Part shown: in pieces, positions 1 through 14,075 of the stretch
Layout of the letters: every line of letters starts with the position of its first letter
Position numbering within the stretch: the stretch's first letter is position 1
DNA from: Acanthaster planci
Taxonomy: Eukaryota
DNA length: 64,000 nucleotides
Assembly: GCF_001949145.1 (NCBI RefSeq)
Contig: NW_019091357.1
Span: 3,558,228 to 3,622,227, forward strand
Direction: 5' to 3'
The notes under the pieces: model-generated
What the model was told of the DNA's origin: nothing
The model's database searches: none
The model's input: the letters and a program-made list of their open reading frames with translations, nothing else
Made by a program: the position numbers and the translations under genes

Positions 1-3000
1 CAAAGGAATGTCTTTTGTAATGGTACATTTGAACATCTATGTGAGCTGGGTCACTGATTACGAACGCGTAGAGATAAGATGAATGTGGCTGTGAAAACTC
101 TTTACTAGAGGAAACCAACACGGAACAAAGGAACTTTCAAATGCTTCGGAACGATCAAAATTACACACGTACTGTTAAAGCAAAGGTCTTGTGAAAAACA
201 GCCTCCACAGTTCTATTCGAGGTTTATGCAAAAAGTAGACAGCAACAACAAGTGCCATTTTAATAAAAGACAATCACTTAATAACCTTAAAATGTGCGGA
301 ACACCGGCATTGTTGTGCAAAAATATTACAAGGGTAACGAATGACTGAATGTGCCCATTTCAAATTCCGAACTGAAATTGCAGTCGACGGGAAAGGAAGT
401 CCTTCTCCAGAAGTAAACTAAGACAACTGCAGAAAAAAGGTAATTAGACAAATTAATTAAAATGCCTGAAGGGCCTTATGGACGGTTCCGTGTCAAACTT
501 GTGGAAATGTACCCACTCTCTGTGAAATACTGTAGCTGAAAGCACTTCTGCCACCACTTTTGGCCGGGCAGAAAGGCCACCTCAGTTCATCGCTCTTAAC
601 GAAGAAATCGGAGGCAGCAGGGCATTTTCTTCGGGAAACACCCAAACCTGCTGCAAAGTGTTGCAACAGTTTTATACGGAATACAGAATGGACCTTTTAA
701 AATCAGTATAACAGATGCAGTGTCTACATTTTTGCTGTTAAGCCCCCCCCCATTTCCATTGCTGGGTCCGACTGGAGTGGCAAGAGTGTTTAAGAAGGCC
801 ACAATTCCTTCAGAGGGGGAAGATGGGTTGGCCACGGGAAGGTCGAACTCCTGTGACGATTGGCCTCGGGTGCTTCGTCGCCTCCTTCCCCCCTACGGTC
901 GGTATGGTTTATGCATCGGCCTAATTTTTCCTCCTTCCCATAGCTCTAAAAATTTTGGTTAGGGGTAAGACCTTATGAGATCAACGCATGAGCCGTAATC
1001 GGATCATCCGGGCATTGTCGAGCATTACCGTTGATTAAGGCTTTAGAAAAAAGCCTGGCCAAATTGATCACGCACCAGGGGATTTTACATCACTGCGGAT
1101 TAGTATTCTGGGGTCTGCGGGGGTGTGCGTCACTGTGTTTGTGAGGGGTGGGGAGGAAGGATGCTGGCATTTTAATATAGTGGCGCTTCTTTCTCCCCTT
1201 GGTATGGGAATTGCTTGAATAAGCAGAACACCATTGCAATTAAAGCGTCAAAAGAACAAACAGTGCAATGTGGAGAAACGTATAAAAAACAAAACAGAGG
1301 TTTAAAAAGCTCTTACGATTGAATAGTAATCAGATTTTGGCGGGAAATTCATCCACCTAATGCGCCATCATTCGCGCGGGAAAACGAGATCCCGGAGTAA
1401 ACGAACACGTGCCAGAAATGGAACGGCAGTCGTGGAGAAAAGAAAGTGGGGGGGGGGAAGAGAAGAAGACAAAAATTAAGTAAACCACAACTCGCGGCTA
1501 TAGTTGTATTTGAACGCAGGGCAAATCAAATAAGGGATGAATTTACATGACTGGGAGCGTTTCACGTGCTGTGGGTCCGGGAACCTCCGGCTGGATGGAT
1601 GATGTCACGCGGCCGGGGAGGAGTGCACCAGCAGTGGATAAGAATTGAGGTCCAGGCCCACTCTGCGATCGAGTTAACGGCTAGGCAGGAAAACCAGACG
1701 CATGCTTTTCACGCGGGCAGAGCCGCGAGTTATCACACCTTTCGCAAACCAACAGCCCACGCTCTACCCTGGAACATGGTGCGGGGAGCCAGGCCCCCAC
1801 GCAGTATACCTTATTTAGGCCGAGTAGCTGCATGCATTTTCGATTAATAATGAAACTGAGCAGGTTGAAAAAGAAGGGGGAAATGTGGTTGAAGATGGTG
1901 GAGCGAGTGGGAGAAAAAGACGGGAATTCATAACGACCCCCAAACAACCGAACTCATGCATATTGCCGGCCGCGTTCGCTCGCCGTATCGCAAGCGGGAA
2001 TACAGTAACAGGTAAATTGAGTATCCAGCCCGTTCGGTTTGCAGAACTCGCACGGCGTATCGTGACCCTTAAGTGAATATCGAACTGCGTGAGTGCGGAA
2101 AAGGAGTGGGGGACCAGAAAATGGGGCCCATTAAATGTTTTGCCGAGTGTGGTTATTATGTTGCAGCTTCTGTTTCGTATCTACAGATCGAGATACCGTC
2201 CAGCGAGGTCCGAATACACTCTCCACACGAGAACGCAAGCAGCATATCATGAATAATCTGGGGAGGTAATGACAAAGAACCCAGTAGGTGATGGATGTGT
2301 GCCGTTAGCGTTATGCATGATATGCAGATTGGGCAGGCAGCAAGTAGCGGCTGATGGGAGAGAACTGCGGGAGCTAATTATAACAGTGACATGACACAAT
2401 TTCCATTTGCACTGAGCGAACGACCACTTCCCAGGCGTGAGAAAGGTTTGCCTTAAAACGAAACCTTTTCTGTCTTCATTTCTTCATTGACGAGACCATT
2501 TATTGCCATCTTCCTGAAGAACAGCGAAAAATAACATGTCTGCGGTAATCATCATAACTGAAAGACAAAGTTAACAGAAACTGGAGCTAATATTTGATCA
2601 ATTACTTCGTTCAATAAGTTGATTTAAACTGTTTTGAAATGTGAAGCTTTTCTTCAAGAGAAGTCAGTGACCGGGGATTTTCGATGTGGATATAACTCTT
2701 TAATCCAACTCTCCAATTCATTAAGCGCGTGACTGTCCATTTCTCTTAAGACAACAGGTGGGTTGAGCTTCTCTCAAGAGAAAAAACACCGCATTAATTA
2801 TCTGACTGGAGCACTCCATGGGAACACGTTTCATTTGGAGGTGCAGTCTCTCAACAGATCATTTGAGAGGAGCAAAACAATTTTCAGGGACTTGTTCCAA
2901 ATTCGGCATTTTACACCCGCGAGTGTACTTCTAAACTGAGTTAGTGATTCGACTTCAACCAAGTCTTACTACATGTTTTCAATAACTCCCTCAAAGCAAA

Positions 3001-6000
3001 AAGAAACACATCCACAAACTTAATTAGAAACTTACACAGACATTAATCTCACTTGTGCTCCTTTTCACTCATGTCATTGGACAAGTTAGAATCTCTGCGC
3101 CAGATTGTATACAACTACATCATACATACTGTTTCCAAAATCTACCAAACATAATACTTCAAATAGTTCATAACATATGTTAAAAAAACTCCCATGGGTA
3201 CCTTAGCTCAAAATCATTTTCTATTTTTTTTAGACCAAAAACACTTTGCTGTTTATTTGCTCGTAAATTTTGCACACTCTACACCTCGGTAAAGTTCAAT
3301 TAAGAAAATGAATTATATCGAAAGCAGATAGGAAACTTCCCTAAATCCCAAGACACAAAAAGAAAATAGCTCCACCGAGAAGCGCCAATTCATAATTATC
3401 GCGAGAAGAGGATCCGGTATGCCTTCTGAGTGTGTTTGGGCAATTGAATTTAGCGCGCTGGCTCTCCATGGAATACGTATTACTGTACAGTTATCTTAAA
3501 GGCATAGGTCATACACAGGAACATACTTCGACAACTTTTACTAAAATTGTTTATCAGCTAAAAAAACATGCTTTTTAATACTTGAAAGGTATGTTTGATT
3601 ACAATTTAAAACACCGACTATCATTTGTGAAGTTTTATTCAGCCGTTGAAATTTAATTTTGAGGGTACTTGTTTGACAGTGATAAGTTTGCCACATTGAA
3701 AATGTTCAGTGCAACCCAGACTGATGGCGTAAAATCATCACCAATGTGACCTTTTTATCCACATATCCCTTTTGACTTGTCATCGCCACAGAGTCTTCTG
3801 TCTGTGGAAAGGCTTCTCGGAAAATGCACCCAAAGGCTTTTGCCAATCTTAAGGAGGACAAATATTTCCCAGTCATTTGCAGTAGTGGAAATTTCCTCAA
3901 TTTTGTTAAATGACGGGTAGGGGAAGAAAAAATTAAAAACAAGAGCGAAGACTAGATTTTCCGGGTATAAGAGAAGCTTGCCGACCATGTCTAATAGAGA
4001 GAAGCAAAATCGGAAAGAAATAAAAGATAGAAAAAGCCGGAACTAAATACAGTGCCGTTTATTTACAATATTATAATACATGTACCAATATATGTACATG
4101 TACAAACTATAAAAATCAGAAACTGAGAAACTCAGTCCGGACGAACAACTCGCCAAATTAAGAATGAGGGGGTGTCTACAGGACATAGTTGTACAGCTTG
4201 TCATGCTGAAGGGACAAGATCTCTTCAAGAAAAGAGAGGTGATCCTGTCAGGATTACAAGTTGGATTCTTTCATGACCGACGAACAGGAATTTCGTTTGT
4301 TTTGACCATTTATTGCAGAAGCCAAATCAAACCAGGCCTTATTCAGCAAGCTATAATTAACCACACTTAAAAATACAGCATGATAAAGATATTTTCCCCG
4401 AGAAATTTAATTTTAACGTTTCGCTTTCTCAATGCATTACTGGTTGGGTGAGGGAAATAAGTATTAGAGTTGAAAGATGATGGTAAATGTGTGTTGAGTT
4501 CTGCTCAATCAATCACGCAAAATGATTAAGAAAGACAATCAGGAAATTTATGACTAGTTTTAAGTAGGCAATGTTTAATTTGGTGCCAGAACAATCACAT
4601 CAGAAGTGAATGCAAAGTCGCAACACATGTATTTCGTATGAAGAATTAGTCAAAAATTGATCAAAGATATACCAAACTCACTGCAATAGCGCGCTTTTAA
4701 CACAGTTTTAAACCAAAGAATAACCAGCATGGTAAGAACTCTTCCACAGCTCTTTAAGCAACCGGGCCTACTTAAAGCATTCCTTCACTTTCAGGGATGC
4801 AGTGACCGCGATGCAGCGTGCGTCTCGCTGAGATCGAGCGGCGGAAGCTACCGCCGGGGCCCTGCGCGATGCATGTTTACCAATCGCGCCCGATGTGATT
4901 TAAGATAATATTAGTTCTCGTCAATCATGCTCCGTGGGATATGACATGGAGAGCGGTTCACCCTGCACTCGTACCATGCCAATATAGGACTGGTTATTAA
5001 TGAAATATGGGCTCTATTGAAGCCATGTTTATATATTTACTTGTCTGTTTTGACTCCAGGGATAGGCCTATATGCATAACCATCGAACAAGATGAAAAAT
5101 GCCGTGACATGGCAGTACATGACAGGTTTTACACGAAACGAGGGACTCATGTAGGATATTTACATATTTTACCGCTTCTTAATGAAAGCATTAAGATGAC
5201 CGTTCCCTATGACGACGAAATAGCTCAACACCAACTCAAGCGTTTGCATTTATCACATATTATTACTACAACTGTCTAGAATTAAACGCCAGAACCACGT
5301 AGGATTGGTTAGATAATTTTGTCATGTTAGTATCGTGTTTGCATTCATCACAAGAATACAGCTTGTGTGTGTTGGTGTATATGTAAGCAGCCTATTAGGT
5401 GCTTATTAAATCATAGTATACGATATTTACGCATATTTAATAATATCGCTTAGCGTACGAGTCGTGCCTTGATAATGCATGTTGAGTTATGCAGTGGTAT
5501 GTAGAGGAAGTGCATTAGGAAGACGGTCATTCGTTATTCTACCTAATCTCCTGACAACATGTAATGAATTATTACAGGAATGTGCGCACGTTCATGTTTA
5601 CCATGAAACAAAGCAGGGGAATCTGCGCTCCTACTGTTGCAAAGTCACTGTGGTTTAAGCGTATGAATTTCTTTTATGATATCCTTTAAAGACCTCAATA
5701 CAATATCTGATGTTAACTGCAACTTCTAAGTCTTTAATACCGCTACACAGGATGTGCCCCACCATATTGCCAATAAGTGTAAAAAGAACATGCGTTGCCA
5801 TATAAATAGGCTAATATTCTTGCATTCAATACCAGAAAGGACTCGACGGATAAATAACAGAGCTTAACTCAACAAATTTAAAGAGTGTTCACAAAAAAGT
5901 ACCGCTACACAGTGAAAATGGGGCGTATGTGCAAATGTTAAAGTATTTTTAAATACTTAACATTATAAACTCAAAGTAGCCGTTGAAGTTTTCTTTGTTT

Positions 6001-9000
6001 TATTTTGTGTGTTTTGGTTTTAACACAATCAGCTTTCTCAGCGTTCGATATGCGAGTCGACTTTCTGACTGCTCATAATACAGATAATGGAAACTAAGAG
6101 AAGATGATGAGAAAAGGGGGATCATGCTGACAACTGAAGCCTGCAGCATTGACATACATGCTGAGACTGCTCAGTTCTCAAATATTAGTTCAGCCTAGAT
6201 GAAAAAAGGAAAAAAAATCCTTGATATTAGCAAAGAGGCAATGCATGCAATTACTGCGCGGTCCAAGCCGAGTCGTACCGACACCAACCGGGTTTGAAAG
6301 GCAAATTATTTAGCAGAAGGCATGCAACGTCGAGTCAAAGCTCAAAACCAAGCATACACTTGCGGAACCGTTTGGCGCATGCACTGATGTTTTTCGCTTC
6401 ACGCGCCCTGATCATAATGTTTTAAGCAGTCATTATGGATTTACCATGATCACTAAATTTTATTCGTCATCCATATATCAACAGAATTATTGAAGGGCTT
6501 CCTTGTGGACAATTTTCATTTTGCAGTAGAGAATTAAACAAGCTCTGAACCTAACAGGACTACGACAGTTAGCCTACCAAATGAAAAAAAGTAAAAAGTC
6601 CAATTTGAGTGTCATTTACTTGAAGAAATATTTGTATGGGTACCATGCCAGTTTTGTGGCAGCCAGGTGGGTGGCAAACATCCAAGAAATCCATAAAGGA
6701 AACCCAAGCATGGGAAACATGAAGTAAGCGTGGAGTCTCGATCCATTGAGTACGAGCCATCCCAAGGGTAAAGGCATATCACAAATTCTAAAATCCAGAT
6801 TGGGTTTTTTCGTTAATCGCAGTCAGGCAGAGAATGTAAATGCATTAGTTTCTGTGTGTGAATAATTGATTATACCGCTAAGGGTATAACAGTATCAGGT
6901 AAAAATAACAAGGGGTATGGTTTCTTGCACTATGGAATGCGACACCCAAAATGTGGGTGTTATTGAATACGAATAAGTGTAACGAATGTATCACATCTAA
7001 ATTGCACGTGTCCTATGGGAGTCCGAGTGATGATAGCTATATATCCATGCGACTGAACTGTGGAACTGTAGACAAATATAAGCAAAATGACCGTCTCAGA
7101 GAAATGCAATTTCTGCTTGTTTGAAAATAAAAGTTCCCGTAAAACGTGCATCAATAGTGTGCTGTGTAGTTAAACAACGAGATTTCAATTAGCCAGTGGT
7201 GTCGAATACGCCTTGACCTTCACCGTTAACACCATTAACAGTACGCTTCTGTTAAAGTCAAAGGTCTTGCCATAGTTTTGTTTCTGAAGTTCAACATTCT
7301 TGCTACAACATGCAAGAGAAATTCACCACTTGGAGGTGAACTACATATCCTAGTTATTATAAAAACGAGAATTTCACTAACCAACTAAATGAAAAGACGC
7401 AGCAAGGACACAAACATCGCGTGCCTACCCCAACTGCCAGTGCCAGCCGACATAAAATGTTACGCTAACTATTAAATTATCGTATGCAGCCGTTTGCATA
7501 TTAGATAAGAAAAAATAACTCAGTAAGCGATATTAACGTCCATGTACCTACTCTCTCTCCTTTTTCTTCTATATCATATACACTACACAGCATTGCTACG
7601 TGTCATTTGCCAAGCTGTAAATTCAGTTAGGGACATTTTGTGTAAGTGCATCGCCAATTGCTCTGATTTGGTTATTCTGCCTGTGAAGGTTCCTCTTCGG
7701 TTTCTTCGAGACGTCTCGGACGTGGTCACAGTATGCAATTATTTCCCCTCGACCTAGCGCGTGGGATCGCTCGCGAGTGTTTTCGAAGAGCATAATGTGG
7801 TGAAGAAAATGCAAATTAGGGACTGTGAACTGGGAGTCTGCCATTTCTGCAGAACACCTACAGATCAAGCAGAGGATACATGGTTACATGTGCGCTCTGT
7901 CGTGTCCTACGCCACACATCACATGACAGCTTTAGCATACAATGTAGGGAAAGGCGAGTCGTGCCTTTTTAAATATTCTTAATTCCAGAGGCACGTATTT
8001 CTCCAGGTCAGCTCAAACACTGGTAGTAAATGTACTTCAAAGGGACCATGATATAAAATATTTACTACAACCGGTGAACTACACCTTGTTTTTCAATTAA
8101 CCATTTATTTTCTAATGTTCTTTTGCTTGTTTAATCTGTTTATTGTAGCTTTTATGCCTTTGTGTTAATAACGATTTGCATATTCATGAGCAGATGTGTG
8201 ATGTCATCCAATCCACTTAACCTCAATGTTGCCCTGATTTATGCACACAAGAACGGCTGGAAGTTTCAAATTGTGCTGTCGTAAATTTCAAATTCTTGGT
8301 TATTTATTGCCGTGTTAGTATATTGCAATAAGTCAGAGAGCAACATTTTCTCAAAAACGTTTCTGAAGAGTAAATATAAAGTTGGAAACTAATTTGAACA
8401 CGGAAACATGTAAACTGAACAGTGTCTTCCATGATTTCAATCACAGAAACAGCGCCCTCACTTGTCCGGCAAAGCTTGGACAATTTTAAGGTTAAAAAAG
8501 TGCACTTTTCAATACGCTTACGTCCGAAAAGATTTCAAACATTTAAAAAGAGTATGAAGATGCAGAAAAAGTAAGTCTGAGAAAAAATCATTGCATAGAT
8601 CCTATCATGTTTGTAATAGGCAGCTAGAGACGAAATGTCCTACTTCTGAACTAACATTCCGTAGCTTGCAACTTTACCGTGCCAAACATAAAAAACGTTT
8701 CAGTAAAACAAGAGTATTCAGTTTCGTTCGATGAATGTGTCTTCAAAGGATAGTGAGGCAGATGCGGTCTTATCTTATACAGGATAACTGGAGAGAGGAG
8801 CGCGTTCGTCGGAACAGTAACACAAAACGACTCCCTCGACAATTGAATGCATAACATGGAATATTCAAAGCATACATAATCCTTTATAAAATGTATGTGC
8901 AAGGCAATATTTTTGAAGCAGCATGTATTTTTTTTCTAAAGGGCATTTAACCTAATAAGGTAGGCCTTTTATCGGCCCCTCTGGAAGAATATGTTTTCGT

Positions 9001-12000
9001 ACAATTTTTCTTTAGCAAATTCTCAAGCTCAGGAGGACTTGTTACCTGTCATTTCCATCTTTGGCATTTGTTATTAAGAAAAAATGGAAACATTTTAAAG
9101 TACTTGGGGATATTTCTTCTTGGATTAGGGTTGGATTTCAAAAAGGGAAACCTTTTACGACAAAAAATTTTACTACGCTTTCCCGAAATATTTATCCTTG
9201 ACGTAAATGATAACCAAAATTGTGAGTTCGTTGATCATAGGCATCAGAAGAATAATATCGTGGTCATTTTGAGATCAAACAAGATTGAAAAACCGAATTT
9301 AAGCCCCATTTTTGCCTATTGTCAATTCAAAGACACACAAAAGGCAGCCTTAGAACACGAATGTTAACTCCATAGCTGTAGTCTGAGCTGACGAGCAACA
9401 TATTGAACAGGGACAGAAAACTCCTAGACCTGCAATTTCTGGACCCTTAAATGGAACAATATCCGCTCGTCTACGGATCGACAGCCAGGCAAACGCAGCT
9501 CTAGCCCTTTCTTTTTTTTAATAACGCCAGTCTTCATGCAGTAGAAGAAGAATGAAGGATATCTAAACCAAAGGAATAAGGTCATTGTGCTCTTTAGAGC
9601 ATTGCATTGCCGCGTCTCCCCTGCAGTCCCCTTCTCTCTCCCTTCCCTCACTTCCCCGACCGGCGAAGGATCTTATTAATTAAGTACAATCTCTTAAATT
9701 AATCCCCGGTGATCGTCCCGCGGGTCTGGCCAGGCTGTATAGCCTAGCCTCGGACGGCGGGATGGACTGTACAGGTTGGTGGAAAGAAAAGAAAGGGAGG
9801 GGGTTAGTGGTTCGATCAGCGAGAGAGCAAGGAACAAGTTTACTGGACGTGAGAAGAGATCGTGGGTCTTGAGTCACGCTCTCCCTGTCTTGCCAGGACC
9901 GACTGTCCCCGACAGCTGTTGCATGATTCAGCCATCAACTCCCTCTCCCGCAAAATAAATAAAATACCACGGAATAGCAGTGTTCAACTAGGAAACTGGG
10001 TCAGCCTACAAAAGCACACCGTCATGGGAGCTGGCACCGCAGACAACCATTTTCATCGGGACGGAGGGTAACCTATAAAATCTAAACTTTTTTCGACAAA
10101 CTCGGCTGCATGCACTCATCATTGTTTCATGTCAACCCCGACAATGTTGAGACGAAGAGCACGTGTGCTCATGATTATTGTATGATTTAATATCAACCCC
10201 TAATATCATGGTTTTTCAGGCTGTTATAGAGTCACCTGGTTTAATATGAAACTCCAACACAGTTGATACGTTTGACAAGGACGAGTGTGTGTTTTAAGGT
10301 GCATGTTCTGCAGTGTGGGCACCACAGTTTTCAGAACTGAAACTTTTATTCATAACCGACTCTCAGCCTCCAATTTTTCAGTGTCTGCATTTTATGAATT
10401 GCTGTGAAATTTAACAATAGTTCCCTTTGAGATTTAAATTCGAGACCATTGTTTCAACTAAACTAAATAAAAACTCTCTGTTTTTCCACATTCTCACTGA
10501 TGAAATCAGAGCTAAACTGATTTAACTTGCCGACTACTGATGTGCAAATGACGGTGCAGTTAGTACAGTTTAATATAAATATTTAACATGTGGTAAGTAT
10601 ATCGATCGACGACGACCCAACACCAGTCGAAAATTTAGCTGCAATGTTTAGGTACATAAAACAGCCGTCGATTGTCGATCAAGCTTTCTAGTTCCCAAGC
10701 TCTCTGCTCAGAGGGCATAACAGAAACTTCGTTAAATCCAATATTGCACTTGCTTTGGCCCTGATCTTATCTACACGATGCCACAAGGGGTAATACTCAC
10801 CCGATGCGAAAGCCCCCCGGGGGCGGGGAGTGTGCTCCGGGCCGGGGACGTAAGACTTGGAATGAGCAGCACACTGTGCTTGTTATTAAAATCGGGGCCC
10901 GATGCATCTGCTATATGTTTGAAGTTGAGCCCTACAAACACTTGACATCGAGTAACATTCGTTGGGAGGGTTACGCAAACAGAACACACTGCCCACGGTC
11001 ATGACAATCTAGCTTCAATTCAGTGTTTAATTTAAGCTTGGGTGGTACAGATACCCCAGAACTAGGACTTGACCACGAAAATATCGCAGGGAGCAGGCGC
11101 CGACGTAAGGGTACATGTAAACAGCCCATGCCTTGTTCCTGATGACCATCACGGCTCGTGTCCGTAAGTTATGTCTGCAGCTGGAATAAAAAAAGAAACA
11201 TGTGATGCGTGTGCCCGTGAAAGCCACTAGCCAGCGGCTACAGCTACGCCCACTTCCCATGGAAAGGTACGTTTCTTCCAGCCGGAGTAAGTTGAATCGG
11301 GCAGAGCCTTGGCTAGAAATAGACTATTTCAAGCTCACCGTCACACCTGTGAAATCATACCCAATCTCCCGTCATCTTGACACCATATGGGTTCTTCCTT
11401 CTCATTTCTCCCGTTAGGGCATTGAAAATACTCCTGTGTAACTGTGTATTATCCGTAAATAAAACCATGACATCTGGTCAGAACAAGTCTCCGTGCAGTA
11501 TAAACTAAAGTTTAGAAGCTGGACTGTCAACCTCTCTTTGATGCACTCCACGTGGATTCACTTTAGTACTTCGGAGACCAAAATTAAAGCTCTTCGTTGG
11601 AGAACTTTTGGTACACAGGTATTCCGATTTTCTCTTACTCAAAAGGTTAAAAAGGTGAGCAAATATTTCCGTTTCAGTAATAACTTGGCTTGGGGGAGAA
11701 TGTTATTAAAAGAACAAAACTTACTACACCAATCCAGTGTATTCTAATTCGAAACTTGACCCCGCAATTTGCCTTGTTCACGAGTCGACTAAAGCGAGGC
11801 TTTTGTTTCAACTATACAAATGGTGGGAATAAAGGCGATACAATGGTGAAATACTGATCGATGTCTTTTTTTCGGCCAAATGACAAGTACTCTTTGTAGC
11901 AAAGTAGTCTGGTGCCTTTCCAATCGATAACGTACAGTAAATAAGAGAAGTCCGGTCAGCCCGATCTAACTTAGCCATCTTATAAGTAAGACCTGTTTGC

Positions 12001-12458
12001 TGTGAAAAATTCACATTATAAGGGCAGTTTACAGACGGTCCAATGCAGCCGAATAATACAAACAATAATTGAGCCAGCTCTTTGCCAAACAGTACTCGAC
12101 CTATCCAAATCCGTGTTTCCTATTTTGTGTCATATTGTTTGCCTGTTGTGACAGGGCCTACGGTCAAATTGGAAGATTTGTCACATTGCTTCGCACAGAT
12201 CCTCCACATTGACTATATCCATGGATAGCACAGAGGCTTTCTGGATTGTCTGGAAAATAAAAACATAGGTATATCCCGAGTGTTTTTTTCTTGTTTCCTG
12301 GGCAAAGAGAAAAGCAATTCCAGAATTCGTCAGTGAGGCGCCTGGGAGCCCACTGCCAAGCGGCTGTCCTGGAATTAGGCCCATTGTGTAATCGGTATGG
12401 ATAAAGGGCTCATCAAAGCGGACCATAGTGAAACAGAGATTATATCACAGCCGCAGAC

Positions 12459-12493
12459 TTAAAAAGAGTCTAACCGTCCTTGACTCTTTTTAA
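12459..12493. repeat. Short perfect hairpin, 12-bp stem with TTAA ends
   Basis: TTAAAAAGAGTC (12459-12470), 11-nt loop, GACTCTTTTTAA (12482-12493). Confidence 0.8.
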
Positions 12494-13719
12494 ATAGCAA
12501 CTTTCTGTAAGTTTCTGAGACAAGTAGTTGCCAGCTTTTTGCTGCAAAATGAACCTTGTCTATTAAAGGAGTACGGTCATCACAGAGGTAACAGCGTTTG
12601 AACCAACCTTTGTACTACTTGAGATTTTGATTTCTGAACGCTGCTACGTCTTTGGTTGGTTCACCTGAAACAGTTTGGTTCTTCTCGGGGCGTCGAGGTG
12701 GAAATGAAACCAAACATGAGGTTCCAGACGTATATAGATCACCTTGGCTTTGTTTCACATCTTGAAAACAACCATCTACGTCAAGACTGCGTGGGTATTA
12801 GATGTCCTGAAAAGCTTCAAGACATTTCTTATTCAGGCTAAATATTTTGTCTCCGTCGATATGTCTTTATCGACTTCAACCACTGAACCATTTCGGACAC
12901 TCGTGGCATTTAGTATTGATAACTTTTCTGCCCGTGTTTACTCGGAGCCAAAGAAACTGCTTTGCCAAGCATTTCGAATGCAAATGAATACTCTTATTAT
13001 TTCAGTCACGGCTGGACCCTGGCAGGGACGGCGTACAAAGCATCGATCGGCTCCGTCTAATTGTGAAGTTTCCTCACAGCCCCCGAAATCCACTCATACA
13101 GACGTAATAGGTATAACACACTTCTTGTGCTGTAAGCACCATCACAGTTACAGACGGAAAGAGAGACTCCACGAACGAGAAGTGCGAGCGGGCGAGGTGA
13201 GACAAAAAAATCAGGCCGTATCATTTCATTAGGAAAATACTAAACTAAAAAATTCAAGCCACGACACTTCCGGATCCCTGGGGGGTGTTTGGCGTATGAG
13301 GCTCCGATCGTATACCCTCTGGAGAAGCAATAGCTTAGAGGACATCGACACGTTTCCCGCCTTTTTCATGCAACTCACGATTTTAAGCGGCAAAAAGATT
13401 GAAGGGGTTTGGCTTCGTGTTTTGCAGTTGTTGCCTGCTTTCGATGGCCTCTAAGAAATGGAATGACCAATTTGTGGCGATGTTACGTGGTGAAAAAATC
13501 CCCCTGGCAGTCACGTCACCACATCACTTATGCCGTTCTTCAGTTAGTTTTCTTGTCGAGCTCTCCTCACGTGCTGACGTTGAGACAAAGTTTTAAAAAG
13601 AATGATTTATGCAAGGGCAATATGATGACGTTTTTCATGGATAAGTTGGTGTTGTCTGAAGGCTTGACTGGGAAAAATAAGGCGGTGGTAACTGTTGTCT
13701 GTTGAAGAACATAATTGTA

Positions 13720-14075
13720 GAGAGCCGTGGCCTTGTGGTTAAGAGCATTGGATTCGTAGTCAGTGGGTAAAGCAGGAGGTTGCGGGTTCAAATCCAGCCT
13801 GAGGTCTTGGTGCGTGTGCCCTCGGGCAAGGCACTTTGTCACTCATTGCCTCTCTTCACCCACGAGTAATTGGGTATTCTGTTAGGGCAGAGATGGTTAC
13901 TGTGGTTGATTAGCTGCTTTGCGCCGAAAGTGGCAGCATCTAGTTGTACCGGTAAACTCCCCAGGTAGCTGAGATGGTATTTGGAATTTCTAATGGGCCC
14001 AATGAGCAGGGGGATAAAGACATACAATGATTTGATCCATGTTGAAGGCGCTTTATAAATACCTATATTATAATT
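13720..14075 (+). mobile_element. tRNA-derived SINE with conserved central domain and L2/CR1-like 3' tail
   Basis: Pol III A box TGGCCTTGTGG (13728-13738) and B box GGTTCAAATCC (13785-13795). These are followed by GTGTGCCCTCGGGCAAGGCACTTT (13814-13837), typical of CORE/V-SINE-type central domains. The tail AAGGCGCTTTATAAATACC..TATTATAATT resembles L2-clade LINE 3' ends. Confidence 0.85.

Noticed and set aside
1110..1160. G-quadruplex candidates in G-run patches (also near 58130)
   Set aside because: Loops are long or irregular, and such G-runs are common in this DNA, so nothing specific supports function.
10742..10763. miR-92-like sequence TATTGCACTTGCTTTGGCCCTG
   Set aside because: The first 11 nt match miR-92, but the upstream DNA cannot pair with the seed half, so there is no precursor hairpin.
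13720..13800. tRNA gene
   Set aside because: A and B boxes are present, but there is no acceptor stem or cloverleaf and no T-run terminator. The sequence continues into a SINE body.
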